From Octopus vulgaris (lineage: Eukaryota): a stretch of 64,000 nucleotides of DNA. Below, piece after piece: positions 26,574 to 39,832 of the stretch (its first letter is position 1; the number at the start of each line of letters is the position of its first letter). The stretch covers positions 37,076,001 to 37,140,000 of the forward strand of contig OX597833.1 of NCBI GenBank assembly GCA_951406725.2. The letters run 5' to 3'. The translations under genes and the position numbers were made by a program. The notes under the pieces were generated by a model. It was not told the origin of the DNA and did no database searches. It worked only from the letters and a program-made list of their open reading frames with translations.

Positions 26574-26880
26574 TACACACGTCCATTTCATATGCACATA
26601 CATACATCTTTCATTTTCTCCTCTCTCTCACTTTAAAACAAAAATAAATAATTTTTGTTTTTACAGAAGTGAACAAACGCAGATGACAGCTCTGCAAGTC
26701 AAAATGAAAGATTGTGTAAGCAACTTTCTTTATTATAATACAGGTGTAACTAATTCAGAGAAACATTACTTTCATTATTCACACATCATCAGTCTTGTAA
26801 TTGAACAATGTAATTTTGGTTGAAACTGAAAGTATGAAACTAGTTTCACTTTCTAACGAAACCTAGTCATAACTTTCAAT
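24309..26880 (-). mobile_element. Non-autonomous Helitron, copy 1
   Basis: Minus-strand 3' terminus CCGGGC AAC GCTGGG hairpin, 7 nt, then CTAG followed by T; colinear over ~2 kb with 39833-42090; far boundary approximate. Confidence 0.75.
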
Positions 26881-27098
26881 ATCAGCATGTCTCACTGTTG
26901 GGAAAGTTACATACATATACTAAGACATACACACACACACACAAAGACACACATTAAGGCACATCTCAAGCTTATCTCTGTCCCTGTGTGTATCTGTCTG
27001 TATCTTTAGATGTGTGTGTCAGCCCTCACAAAAATGTATGTATACGGACAGACACAAACACCGTCACACACATAAGGAGCATACACACATACAAATTC

Positions 27099-27143
<45 letters not shown>

Positions 27144-27379
27144 TGCATAGATGCTGCAAATATATATAGCCCATGGTACCAATCTTGCTTGGTTGCTGCA
27201 AATATACTATAGCCCATGGTACTCAGCCTTGCTTGGTTGCTGTTTATTTTCGTTAAAGGCAAAAGAGAACCATCTCAATAGTAATAATAGTAAACTGGCC
27301 CTGAATGTTAAAAGTTGACATCCATTTGTCTTCTTGCATATCTACTGTAAAAGCAAGATCATGTAAAAATCACCCTTTC

Positions 27380-27589
27380 AACATGGGACCTCACAGAGGC
27401 AATGATAAGTGACCATGATTTTTGGCGATATGCTGTGCTTGAGAAGACTCATCAAGCCAAGTGAAAGCATAGTTGTGGCCAATGCCAGTGGCCCATAAGA
27501 AGCACCCATTACACTCTTAGAATGGTTGGCATTAGGAAGAGCATTCAGTCATAGAAACCATGCCAGCATGGAAAACAGACACTAAATAA

Positions 27590-27592
<3 letters not shown>
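27380..27592 (+). mobile_element. RTE LINE 3' end
   Basis: GACCTCACAGAGGCAATGA...GCTGTGCTTGAGAAGAC...CCATGCCAGCATGGAAAA, complement of motifs at 47067-47660. Confidence 0.7.
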
Positions 27593-27629
<37 letters not shown>

Positions 27630-28947
27630 TTTTACTCGTTTCAGTCATTTGACTGCGGCTATGATGGAATAACATTTTATACAAACATGCAAGCTTAATG
27701 TGAAACAAGAAGAAATTATGCATTTGAAAGTAACTTTTTGAAGATATGATTTTTAATTGAGGAATTTTTAATAAATACAGTGTTCTAATATATGTTGTCA
27801 TAAAACTGTTGCACAGAGAGATGAGTGAGAAAGTATGTGTTGTGTATGTGAGTGAGAAAAACAATTAGTGTGTGACAAAGAGAGAAAAGAAGAGCTGGCA
27901 ACTCCAGTTCTCAGTTTCTTTCCATCTTTTTTCTTGAATTCTCCATTTTACTCCAAGAAGGATATCAAACCCAAGAGTTTTTCTTCCTGCTTCATTTCAA
28001 GATGATTTTGCATCTGTGTATAAATTGCAAAAAACATTAATTGAGAATTAGTGACATCATTTCAAGGACAAACAGACAAGCATCAGCTTATAGACATGTG
28101 TATAGATACCCAGTGCTGGGTATTTGTGAACCAAACAAGATGCAAGAGAGGACACTAAACAAAAACAAAAAAAAACAGCATACTTCTACAAAACAGAAAC
28201 AAGTTATCAACAAAACTGCCCTCAGCCCCAGTGATGTCCACAATGTGGCCACAGAAATTGCTGCATCTCAGGATGAAGTGGCCCTAGCTCCTGACAACTA
28301 TCTCATTGTGTCCTTGATATTATTTTGTTATTGATTGGTTCCTCCTTCTCCATCCCTACTATGCCCAAGTCTCAGCAGTCCAGGGTATTGTTATAAAGAA
28401 GTCTAGTAGGTCACATGATTTTCAACATCACATGATCATACTATTCTAGGTTTTACAAGGAATGATCTGTCCTTTCTTCATTACATAGGAATTGTACCTG
28501 ATGTCTTCATGCACTACATGTCTGCTAGTGAACTTTGCTACCTTGCTATGCAGTGGTCTTCATCATGCTGCTAGAGTTGTTATTGAGGCTCTGAAACTTC
28601 AAAGTCAGCTGTTTTGATGATGTCTGATTGATGAGAATACCACTATCTTTTGTCTCTGATTCTTGCCAGAGGCCTGCCACTCTTTCCTGACCCTGAAAAT
28701 GAGCCAGTCATGTTCAAGAAACTGGCAATTTCCAAATTACTATTTATTGGCAGTGAGAGCCATGAACATAGTGTGTCTTTTCATTTTCTTTATCAGACTG
28801 GAATCCATCTGTCATGTTGCTGCCATTCATATGCAGAAAGAGAAATGAGAAAGTTAAAACTTGGTGGATGCATTAGGTTGTCTTCCATTTATAGTACACT
28901 GAATTTTGTCCAAAAATGCCCAGAATGTCATGTTTGCTTGTATATAT

Positions 28948-29237
28948 GAGCAAGTGTCTTCTGCTATAGTCCTGTGTTGACTAATGCCTTGTGAGTGAAT
29001 TTGGTAGACAAAAACTATGCAGAAACTTGGTGTGTGTGTGTTTGTCCGGCCACCACCAACACTTGACAACTGTTGTTAATTTGTTTATAATTTAGCAGTT
29101 CGACAAAAGAGACTGCTAGAATAAGTATCAGGCTTAAAAAATAAGGGGATTGATTTAATTGACCAAAGCCTTTAAAGGCAGTGCTCCAGCATGGCTGCAG
29201 TCCAATGATTGAAGCATGTAAAAGAATAAAAAAAGAA
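28948..29237 (+). mobile_element. 5'-truncated SINE, family of 1-400
   Basis: GCAAGTGTCTTCTGCTATAG...GTGCTCCAGCATGGCTGCAGTC...GTAAAAGAATAAAA. Confidence 0.8.
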
Positions 29238-29284
29238 TGTGTGTTTGTTTGTGTGAAATGAATTCTCTCAAATGCTTCAAGACC

Positions 29285-30790
29285 CACTAGAAATAGTTGA
29301 CAGCTATTTTTACTTAGATGATCTAAGGTGTTCCAAAAGCTTAATAGCCAAAGTAACTATGAGTGGAAAAGCCCTGGGTGCTATTACCTCTGATGGCAAC
29401 AAAAGGATTCTCTATTCAAGTGAAAGGCATATTGCATGAAGCTCAATATTACATGGTAAAAGAAGATATATATTGGCTGAAAAAAATTAGTTGAGCTTGC
29501 TCCTCTATAATCTTAGTGTGCCCTAACAGCAAAGTACAAATAAACTGAGAGAAAAATTTAATTGATGAGAGAATCAGCAACAGAACTTAGTCCTTGGCAT
29601 CATGCTAAATTCATTCCTAAACTCATTGTTGACTTCATCTCTTGCCGACTTCATCTCTTTACATAGCTTGTTTGGCTATCACAAGCTGTTTATCTACTCC
29701 TAGTTTCCTTAGGTTACAGAACATGGAATCCTGTCAAAGAACTTTTCTAGGTTTATAAAATCTAGGCACAGGGGTATGCTCCAGGCTAAGTGTTTCTCTT
29801 GCAGTTGTTTCTCTAAAATGTTATTGGTAGAACCTCATCCTGGCACAAAGCCAAACTTCATTTCATCTAGACTATTTTTCTTTCTAAAAGAATTGTTATA
29901 ACTTTCATTAGCTGATCCACTAAATTGATTCCTATGTAATTACATTTCTCTAGTGCTTTTTTTCTTTTTGCTCTGGTAGCAGTTGATATGATACACCAGT
30001 TACTGGATATGACACCTTCCAGTACAACCTGATTAACTATGCAAATGACTAGTATATGCCCTAATTTCTTAAATTCTTTTAACCTCTCAGTGATAGAACA
30101 CTTGCTTTCCCTGCACTTATATCCTTAATTGCGTTTGTTACCATACTGCTATCAACTTCATTAGTTGGTTTCTCTCCCATTACATTCTCTTCATTCAAGA
30201 AACTTTCATACTTACACTTCTGTGCCTCTTTCTTTTCTATATCAGTAAGATCAGGTTTACTGTTATTATTCCATATTCATTGTTTTCAAACAGTGTCTTG
30301 TATTTACTCTAGTATGTTGCCTTGCAATCCAGAATACTTCAAGCCTCTGAACCTCACGTTACAAGTGCAACTTTAGGTTTCTCCTCTTGCTAACTGACAT
30401 CTAGCTTCTCTTCTCCCTGCTTAAATATTGTTTTTTGCTGCCCCCTTTTTCCCTGTCTTTTCAGACCAGTTGCATAGCTTTTATGGCTCTATTCTAAAAT
30501 AATTTCACCTTTTGTCCGGTTGGAACCTTGCACCAGTCACAGATCTGCTCTATAAAACTCAGTAGGTTGTCTCATTGGAACTCCTATTGACTTTTATATT
30601 GTAAGTATCTCTTCCCCACTTTTATTTCTCTGAACCTCTGGTTGATTGATGGGTCTTTCAACTTCCATATTTCCTTTCTTCAGATTGTCTTCTGTGCCTG
30701 TATCCCATGTAGCTCTCACTCTGAAGTTACTAATCACTAGTCTATATGGAGTGGTACTATCTTCATTAGAGAAAGACATAGTTTTTATAA
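29285..30790. mobile_element. Rearranged RTE remnants: post-RT fragment on + (29285-~29600), EN/RT fragment on - (~29700-30790)
   Basis: + strand LEIVDSYFYLDD and LLPLMATKGFSIQVKG (compare ORF 61304-61915); - strand YRLVISNFRVR and FGFVPG. Confidence 0.6.
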
Positions 30791-32038
30791 TAACCATCAT
30801 TCTTTATGCCATAACCAAAGCCTCCACGTACACCAGAGAATCCTTCGTGGTGTTGTCCAACATGTCCATTAAAATTCTCAGCTGCTTGATAGTTGTTAAT
30901 TTCATTTTTCATTTCTTATTTTGTTTATCAAAACAATTTCAGACATTTAACCTTATGTTAGTGTAATGAAACAATGTAAACATCCTTCAGGGTCGTCTTA
31001 CATTATCCAATAATTTATTTTCTATTATTTAGAGCAGAAGTTAATCTTCTTCTGTTAAGATTATCATGATGTGATGAGAAAAAATATATGCAAGTGTATA
31101 TGCATTATGTGTGTATATATATGTGAAATAACAAATACTTTCAAGCCAATTTTCTAAATTTTTTTTGGCTACTATTTACCTACCAAACGTTTTTCCTAAT
31201 GGTTAACTTTAAACTGTACTTTTGGAAAGTTTAGTCTAACTCTGTAAAAATTAAGTTTTGTAAAAAACAAAAACAAGGTTATGTAAATTGCCACCTATGT
31301 AACTTCTTTTGAGATAGATTTCTTTAATTTTATTTAAAAAAAAAAAAAAAAAGTAATGATCCAAATATGATATCTGTTGCAAAAAGTTTATAAGTCCAAC
31401 ATTTTTGCTTTACATTTAGTGTCAATTTTACTGTTGATGAGCTGTAAAGTGGCATTTACCTGGTAGTCTTAAAAATATTGTTTTGCAAATTACTAAATGT
31501 AAGTCTTGTTGCACAGTGAAATTAAGACTGTTTTTGTTACATTTTTCACATGAAAGGGTTTCATGCTTAAATTTCTTGACTCATTACAAAACAGTATGCA
31601 GCAGGCATCCCAGGTTATTATTCTCCCTGATATTCTTTTAAGTTATCACACCTCTTAATGTTTATTCATTAAAAGCTTATATTATCTCTAATCATTCTAA
31701 GATCTGGAAGTAATGGTTACAGATTAGGTTTAAAAAGACTGAAACATGTCCAGAGTTGTTATCATGCTACCAATGATCAAAATCACAGCTTGCTATTTTT
31801 AATTCATATTAATTAATATAAATTATAAGTTTGTCCTGGCTGTTTTTCTTGACCAGAATTTATCATTAAACAATTTTTTCCCTTCTCACTATGAATGTAA
31901 TTTCAATTAAAATTTCTTTGCACATTGGTGTTATCCTAGTAGGGTGACAAATAATGTGAAGAAAAATATATAGGATATTTCATTTTAGATATTTTTTATC
32001 ATTCAGCTTAAACTGAATCTCAATTTTTTTTTTTTTAG

Positions 32039-32094
32039 GGTTCCTTGATAAAGAATATTTTTCTTTTGGTTTAACTTTACATGGAAGAAATGAT
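32039..32094 (+). CDS. Candidate internal coding exon (56 nt) of an unidentified host gene
   Basis: T13-AG acceptor, open frame xFLDKEYFSFGLTLHGRND, GTAAGT donor; lies in non-repeat AT-rich DNA. Confidence 0.55.
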
Positions 32095-32381
32095 GTAAGT
32101 ATATTGAACAATTTTTTGATACAAAATTAATTATGTATTCAGTTCCTTTTTGCTATCAAAAGGTAGAACATACTTAAGAGTATAATGTGCACATACTTTA
32201 CTCACTGTAGTGTACTAGAGTTACAAATTATTCACTAATGAAGACAACAGACTGAAAATGCAATTTTTTCAACAAGATATATTTTTACATATTCTTTTAC
32301 AACTTGAATAATTCATTCCTAACAAGTAAACACCAAATAATTTAAATGTGCTGCTATTGTTCATTTAAATTATAGATTTAC

Positions 32382-32452
<71 letters not shown>

Positions 32453-32893
32453 TCTTACCTTTAAGGCCTATAGTGATAGAAAAAGAAATCTATATGGATT
32501 TTTTTTTTCTATCACTATAGAAAGTTGTATAGATTTTGCTTAAGAAAATTTTCAAGTACATGCTATTTTACTTTCTAAAAGGTAAAATGACTCAAAGGAA
32601 GTTTTCAGATATCATTTAAAATGTAGATTTTTTATGTAACAAGTTTAAGAATAACGGGCCATGGATCTGAAATTATGTAAACTGTTCTACTAATGTTACA
32701 TTTTGTATTTAAGGAAAATATTTTAATGTATTTAGGGGTGAAAACAGAGAAAAATGGCTCACATACACAAACCCAGGAACTTCAAATTTGCAAATCATCA
32801 GACAGTAATACATTTATGATTTTATTCATCACTCCTGTTGGTTTGGGGTTGATTGAGCAATTGAATGTAAAGCAATTTACTTTCAAATTATAG

Positions 32894-33096
32894 GAAGTGA
32901 AACAGTTAAATGTAATACGTCCATGCAAATTCCTCATGGGAGATTATGAAAATCTTGAGGCTTTAACTTAATTTTCTTCACTCAGTATTCTTGTTAAAGA
33001 ACTATGTTGATGTTAGATACTATTTTCAACAACATTGAAGGCATCTCTGATCGGGATATTTTTGATGTATATAAATCTATCTGTTAATATGAACAG
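32894..33096 (+). pseudogene. Candidate decayed coding exon
   Basis: After TTTCAAATTATAG: EVKQLNVIRPCKFLMGDYENLEAL, then in another frame FFTQYSC*RTMLMLDTIFNNIEGISDRDIFDVYKSIC*; protein-like but unrecognised. Confidence 0.3.
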
Positions 33097-34081
33097 TATG
33101 AATACAATTCAACTTATAATTGTGTGTCATGAAAGAAATTTATGAATGTGGAGTAGTTGTTGCACATAAACCAAGTTTGCTCTTGCATTATAAAGGTGAT
33201 TTTAGTTGCTATATGCATCATATATGATGTAAAATATGATACTGACTTCAATAATTTTTCATATTAAAGTATTCATGTAACTTAGATATTTGTAGTATTG
33301 ACCTTATCAAAATATTTTTACATTAAACAGTTAATGGCTGAGGTAATATATAAAAATATGATTGAATTTTGTGATATAGGCCATTGATTGGTTCAACTTA
33401 GATATTATATGCAGCATTCTTGGCTGCTTTAAATAAATTATTTAGTTTATATAATACACAAAATATTACTAATTTGTTAGTGGTAGATTTTACATTTATA
33501 GAAATTTTTTAAAATGTGCTGGTGCCATATAAAAAAACACACATGCCAGTGATGCATAAAAGCACTCAGCACACTCTATAAAGTGGTTGGTGTTAGGAAG
33601 GGCACCCAGCTGTAGAAACCACACCAAAACAGACAGGAAACCTATAACAATAGTAATAGATGCCATTTAGTTGTTTTTAAAACTACAGTATAGATAAGTG
33701 CTAGTTAACTTTTTGTATATATTTGTATATAATATGTACTTGTATATAATGTGCAACACTAATTAAGGGCAGAAATCCTCAAAAAAATTATATATTGTCT
33801 ACAATATGCACTGACTTCTTAGTTTATAAAAAGGATGTTTAGTCAGAATTATCATTAATTGTTTATAAATTACATTGTAAAAGTCACAAATCTAAACAAA
33901 ACAACAATATCAAAAGTGACCTTTGAACATTTTCACTTTAAGTTATAAAAGGTGGCCAGTACTGTCTAAAAGGTACTACACAGGTACAATGGAATTACTG
34001 CTGCCAACTTTCAGTATGGAAGGCCAGAATGTAATACTTTTGTTATTGAAAAATATAAGTACCTACATTATCTAAATGTGA

Positions 34082-34215
34082 GCCATATTCCACCGAGGTC
34101 AACTTTGCCTTTCATCCTTCCGGAGGGTGATAAATTAAGTACCAGTTGCATACTGGGGTTGATCTAATTGACTGGCCCCCTCTCCTTTTGAGCCTTGTGC
34201 CTAGAGTAGAAAAGA
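34082..34215 (+). mobile_element. 5'-truncated SINE (third family) with target-site duplication; related fragment at ~51890-51990
   Basis: GAGGTCAACTTTGCCTTTCATCC...GATAAATTAAGTACCAG body, flanked by ATTATCTAAATGTGA and ATTATCTGAATGTGA. Confidence 0.7.
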
Positions 34216-35299
34216 TTATCTGAATGTGAACATAACTGAAATACTTCAATTAGACTTAAAATACTTTCATTACTGTAAAGTTCAGTTTTAATTATTCAAT
34301 GTGGAGATTAAATTAAGGAATAATGAATAATACATAAATACTGAAATTATCAAAATGTGAACACAAACTGAAAAAAAATAAATACTTCTGTTCTTCAAAT
34401 TCTGTAATTATTCAATGTGAAGATGAAATTTTGAAGATAAAGTGTTTTCTCCATAATGAAAGTATGTAAATGTATTTCTTCATGAAAATATTTACATTTT
34501 ACATTGTGTCTTTTACATCCTTCTGTATGGATGATAATGATGATGATGTATGAAGGGTGAAGCTTGTTAATTCCGCAGTCGTGCTGATTTTAGTATTATA
34601 TTCCGCAATTGCTTCTATGTTAAATGATGTGCCTATTGGATTGCCATGGCAGGAACACCTTTGTGTTTTTTACAGTAGGTTATTGAAACACAAAGAGAAT
34701 TTTTAGAAGTGTACAATCTAGTAGCCATGTATATACAAAAACAATGTATATTTTGTACTTTCACTGTTTCTGTTTTACATTTTACTTCTGAATTCTTTCA
34801 ATATGTTAATAACACAGAGAACAACTTTGATCGATACGATCTCTCCCATGGGCATAACTATGAAATATAATAAACATAAAATTTATTATCATTATCATAG
34901 AACAATGCAACATTATTTTAGTAATCTAACCTCTTTGTTAGATATCATTTTGCTTGGACAGCACATATAACCAATGTCTGATCATGCCATCCTGGCTATA
35001 GCCATGAACATGTGATTGGTGATGGGTAAAATGAGTAACATTTTATTCTTATACACACTCCTAATCTTTAGGTTTAAAAGTCTTGGAAAAAAAAAACTGT
35101 GCATTATACATGAATAGGTATAGGTACAGTATATAATCTATCATCATTTAGCATCCATTTTCCATGCTGGCATGCATTGGACAGTTTGATAGGAGATGAT
35201 AAGCCAGAGAATTGCACTAAGCTACAATGTCTGCTTTGGTATAGTTGTAATTTCTATAACTGGATACCCTTTCACTGTGTGTGTGTGTGCGCGCGCATG

Positions 35300-35321
35300 C
35301 ATGCACACACACACATACATA

Positions 35322-35382
<61 letters not shown>

Positions 35383-35556
35383 ACATACACACATACATAC
35401 ATACATACATACATACATACATACATACATACATACATACATACATACATACATACATACATACATACATACATACATACATACATACATACATACATAC
35501 ATACATACATACATACATACATACATACATACATACATACATACATGCATGCATGC
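35300..35556. repeat. Compound (CA)n/(CATA)n microsatellite
   Basis: Directly visible; explains the HTYI/CMYV ORFs. Confidence 0.95.
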
Positions 35557-35783
35557 ATATTTAAGATATTGGTATTGATGTCAAATACTTTGTATTATTT
35601 ATGCATTTATTTTGGTTGGTCACCTATTTTATTCTTATATCATATCTATCAGAAATTGATTTTTGCCGTTATTGGCTAAGCTTCTGTTCTGAAACTTTTG
35701 TTTTATAAAAGTTTTGAAAATTATTAGTTTCAGTCCAATAAATGAAAATACTTCATAGTAGAGTAATTAATATAAGAAAAAGA

Positions 35784-36119
35784 ATTTACCATAAATTTAT
35801 GCAATTATTGAAATTTGATGAACTATGAAAATGGTATTACAAAGAAATAGGCTTAAAATATTTGTCAATATAATTTTGTTAAATTTCTTGCAGTTTAGAT
35901 GTATGTAAAATAATTTCCATTAGAGAAATTGTTTGAAGAATATTGGCAGCATAAGCATTGACTTTGTAAATTGGAATCTAGAAACAGGATTTAGCAAACT
36001 TATGATAATTCAAATCTTTTCATACCACTAGAAATTGAAATTCAATATATTTATGTATTTACTCATAAATTGAGATATTAAGCATCAAAATGTTTTTCTA
36101 ATAAGCAGGAAAGATAAAG
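35784..36119 (+). pseudogene. Candidate decayed coding exon
   Basis: IYHKFMQLLKFDEL*KWYYKEIGLKYL, frameshift, NFVKFLAV*MYVK*FPLEKLFEEYWQHKH; possible donor AG/GTAATA at 36119/36120. Confidence 0.3.
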
Positions 36120-37639
36120 GTAATAGTCTGAAAAATTTAATATCATAAAACATATTATCTCTTAATTGAACTAATAATATATTTCTTCATTGATACTCAA
36201 CCACTTATATACTAAAATTATAAATTTAGAAAAATTTGTAATTTTCAATATCTGTCTCAGCCGAAAGCATTAATTCCTTGCTTTAAATTACTGTTAATTC
36301 TAATATTATATCATTGAGGTGGAGACAATATTGTCTAGCAATGTTATTTGTTGGAGAGTTAGTATAAACATGTGGTTTTTTAGCAGGTAATCTATATCAG
36401 GAATATTGAATGGTATTCTAGTTATGAGGACGGTAGGTAATAAAGTTTCAGCTAATTTTACTTAGTTACATGTTTCTTAAAGTACAAATATCTTACACCA
36501 AATATACAGTGATTAAAATATTTTCATACGATTTATTATGATGTTTTGTTTATTATTTATTTTGTAACTCTATTTGAATTAACTTTGAAATAACTTTTAA
36601 CATTGAACAGATATGTCTGTTTATTGCTACAATTTTCCCCAGTTGTCTATAAGTAAATAAAACTAAATAGTCCTCTGGAGAAATTGTTCATGAGAATTTT
36701 TGGCATGTAGATTGTTTTAGGATTTCAGTATTTATATCATTTGAGTTATTACTATACTAACAAACTGACAAAGAGGTCTTTTTCCATGTAAGTATTATTG
36801 GCTAGGTAATTAAGGCCAATTATATTTTGTATGTCAATGTATGAAGTCACTGTGTGTTCCACAATTTTAGTGAAAACAATATATTGTTATGATAGAATGT
36901 TTGAACTTTTAAAATATTCTGTTTTGTCAAAAATATGTTCCAGTATATTTCTGGTCTCTGCAACCTTTAAAAAAAGGGTTTTGTTCCTTATTATATCAGC
37001 ATGGAAAAGAAACGTGTTGTCATTGAAAGATATATATACATACATACAGATACAATGAATATGAAACACATACACACTTCTAATAATGCACACGTGCACA
37101 AATATTCAGACAAAAATGTACTTACACACAAGACTCAGTGTGTGTGTGTGTGTGTTATATAAATGCCAGTCAAATTCTGACATCAATTATGGTTGTTCTA
37201 ATCAATTACATCCCCTCCCATGACTAGACTTTGGTCACTGAAAATTTATTACTAATCAAGAAAGAAAGCATCTGCCATCTACTTTCCTACAATATCATTC
37301 TTTGTAATGTTAAATTTGAAAAAAAGCAATACTTTCAGGTACAGCAAAAGCTTTATATCATTTATAAAAGTATCAACTCATTAACAAACATGTCCACCTG
37401 CATGTCCTGTTTCTCTACTATCGTCTCCTCTCTCTTCTATTGGTAACTAGGGATAATTTTTTCTCATTAAGGGATGAATAGTCTCCCTTCAAATATTGAC
37501 AATACTTTTTTAAAAATTTTTTTACATTTGGTCTTTATGGGTGCCTGGCAGTTTATGCTAATACAAGGTTTTGGATTTTAAGAAAAATAAGAAAAAATTG
37601 TAACTTAAACAATTATTCTGGAAATTCCTTAGGCTCTGT

Positions 37640-39830
37640 TATAAACTAAAAGATTTAAGAGGATGGTCTCCCTTTTTATGTAAAGGAGTTAATTTGTATA
37701 TTTGTTGGAATCCATAAGACCTTTTCAATTTTCTTTTTGGTTATCCTTTCTCGCATAGATGTAAGAATTGTCAGTTTTGTAAGCTATTTTTATATTTACA
37801 CTATTGTCCTCTAACTGTCACAATTCCAGTAACATTTTTTAATAAAAAGAAAAAAACCTTTTTCTGCTGCTGGAATACTTTGGACAATTCTTCTATAATC
37901 AAAAGGATAATGAATACTTTGGACAATTCTTCTATAATCAAAAGGATAATGTAGCTTTCTTGTGATACCCATTTTCAGATTTTTTTCTTTTTTCAATCTG
38001 AATTGTATGCCATTATTTGTAAACAATTAAAATTGCCCTACTCTGGAATAACTATATGAAGTTGTTCCTTCATTGCTTTCTTTACTGTTTTAACTTGTTT
38101 AATACACTTAATTTTTTTCCTGTTTTAGAATGGAACTTAACTCATGAATATGACTCAATCTAGTTTTCTTTGTGTGACTAAGTAATTTAGTTGACTTATC
38201 AGAGTGGCCTAATATCTGTAATCTTTATTGTTGATATTCTGTCCTCTAGGATTGTTATTTTCCTTTGAAATAGATTTCAATTTCTTTACATATTGTCTTG
38301 TCCAAATTTAACATACTCTTCATTCTTTTTAATATTTAATCCAGTATACTAAAATTCTGTTACTTCTTTAATTTTAATTAAAGCACAGCATGAATAGCAA
38401 TGAAATTAAGATAATTATTTTCAACAGCACCATGTAAATATTGCCTGATCATATTTTGAGGTGACTGCTTTTAACTTCATTGACTCCTCTCTATAGATAC
38501 GAAGATCTTGAATTATCATTTAAGCCATATAAACATCTTAAGTTTCCATATGTAACCTGGAAGTACATTGGTTTCCTGAGGAGGATCTAAGCAAACTAAT
38601 CATCTAATTTCTTGTTCTGTAAAAAGGCAGTCTTGATACCCATTGATTTGCAATCCAGCCATGAGATGCCATGATTACTCATGTTATACTATACGTAGGC
38701 TCATTTTTGAATGTGCAGAAGAATTTTTTTTTAGTATTTACTCCAAAAGTCTTTTATCACAAGTGTAGTTTTACAAATTTGTTTATCACTTGACATTTTA
38801 TTTGTATAAATCCATCTTGTGGATATCTTGGGTTAGCCTCAATAAGGTTCCTGCATATAAAATTGGTTCTCAGTTCAACTTTGAAGTTACCTTTTCTTTG
38901 CTTTATCCGAGTCAGTATTTGAGGAGGAAGAAACCATTTTGTTTTATCTAAGAAGTGCTTCTTTTCTTTGTTTATCTTCTTTTGCTCACCATTCAGGTAC
39001 TCCAAGCTCAAAATCCAACCAAAATGGCTCACCTTATGCAATAATCACATTCACTAAACATTTATTTTTACCCATTGCTTTACCTCCCCTACTTATTATA
39101 TTCAATCTTCTCCATTGCAGATCCTCATAATTTTCAAGGTTACATTGAATAGTCTGTCCTGGTTTGAGAAACATAATCATTTTTGGAAAAAACTTTTATT
39201 TAGGTGGTCTATTTCTTGTTCTCATTATTTGCTGTTTTTCAATATGTTCAGGTATTTGGTATTTTTAGTTTGAAATCCATATAACTCTCCTCATAAATAG
39301 ATATTCTGGAAATATCATTATATCCATTTAAGGGGTAACAAGATCACTATTCTTGTCTCCTGAAGAACTTTCATATGCTTCAGGATAGTACCAAATGAGA
39401 TGGATGCACTCTTACATATGTACCACCATGTTTAGCAAGCAGTTGTTTATGCTCCCATAAAAGTTCCTAGATCAAGCTATCTATCATACTCATATCTTTT
39501 ATAAAGAAACATCACCATTTAGTAGACTGTGCCATACTTTTCCTAACTTGGTGGTAAAGAGCATGTCTTAATTTCTTTGAAAATTCACCCTTTATATGAA
39601 CACCATTTTAGCAGCATACTCACCATGCAAGTTATATGCTACAATTTTATTAGTGGATATACCTTCTAATGCAGTAAGTTTAGCATTTAGAAAGGAAGGT
39701 AGATTAGTATTTCTTCCAAAAACAAGTTTATTGGGCTGTACCCATGAAGATTGTGAAAGGCGTTTTTGGCACTTATAGCCCATGCTACTGTCACTTCAAA
39801 GCTGCAGCTTGTTTTCTCAGTTGTTTTCTT
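37640..39830 (-). mobile_element. Decayed Ty1/Copia (GalEa-like) pol: integrase C-terminus, RT, RNase H
   Basis: Minus-strand fragments in Copia order: AKNAFHNLHGYSP/NKLVFGRN, KHGGTYVRVHP, KSMGIKTAFLQ, CLYGLNDNSR, IEKVLWIPT. Confidence 0.8.
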
Positions 39831-39832
39831 CC

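Noticed and set aside
26755-26795. Minus-strand CTGATGA...GAAA in the Helitron (also CTGATGA at ~14484 and ~60472)
   Set aside because: No stem II or III complementarity, and not preserved in Helitron copy 2.
28041-28949. ORFs of 97-99 aa in moderately GC-richer sequence
   Set aside because: No recognisable motif or convincing splice signals; probably an old unclassified repeat.
34535-34590. Possible C/D-box snoRNA (ATGATGA...CTGA)
   Set aside because: The C box is part of a (GAT)n run; no terminal stem or recognisable rRNA guide.
35177-35679. Stacked ORFs of 92-133 aa (HTYI/CMYV repeats); similar YIYI, CVCV and LSLS ORFs elsewhere
   Set aside because: Translations of stop-free microsatellites, not genes.
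36721-36787. Further exon candidate ending in GTAAGT
   Set aside because: Acceptor ambiguous, phase does not fit the neighbouring candidates, and the peptide is low-complexity.
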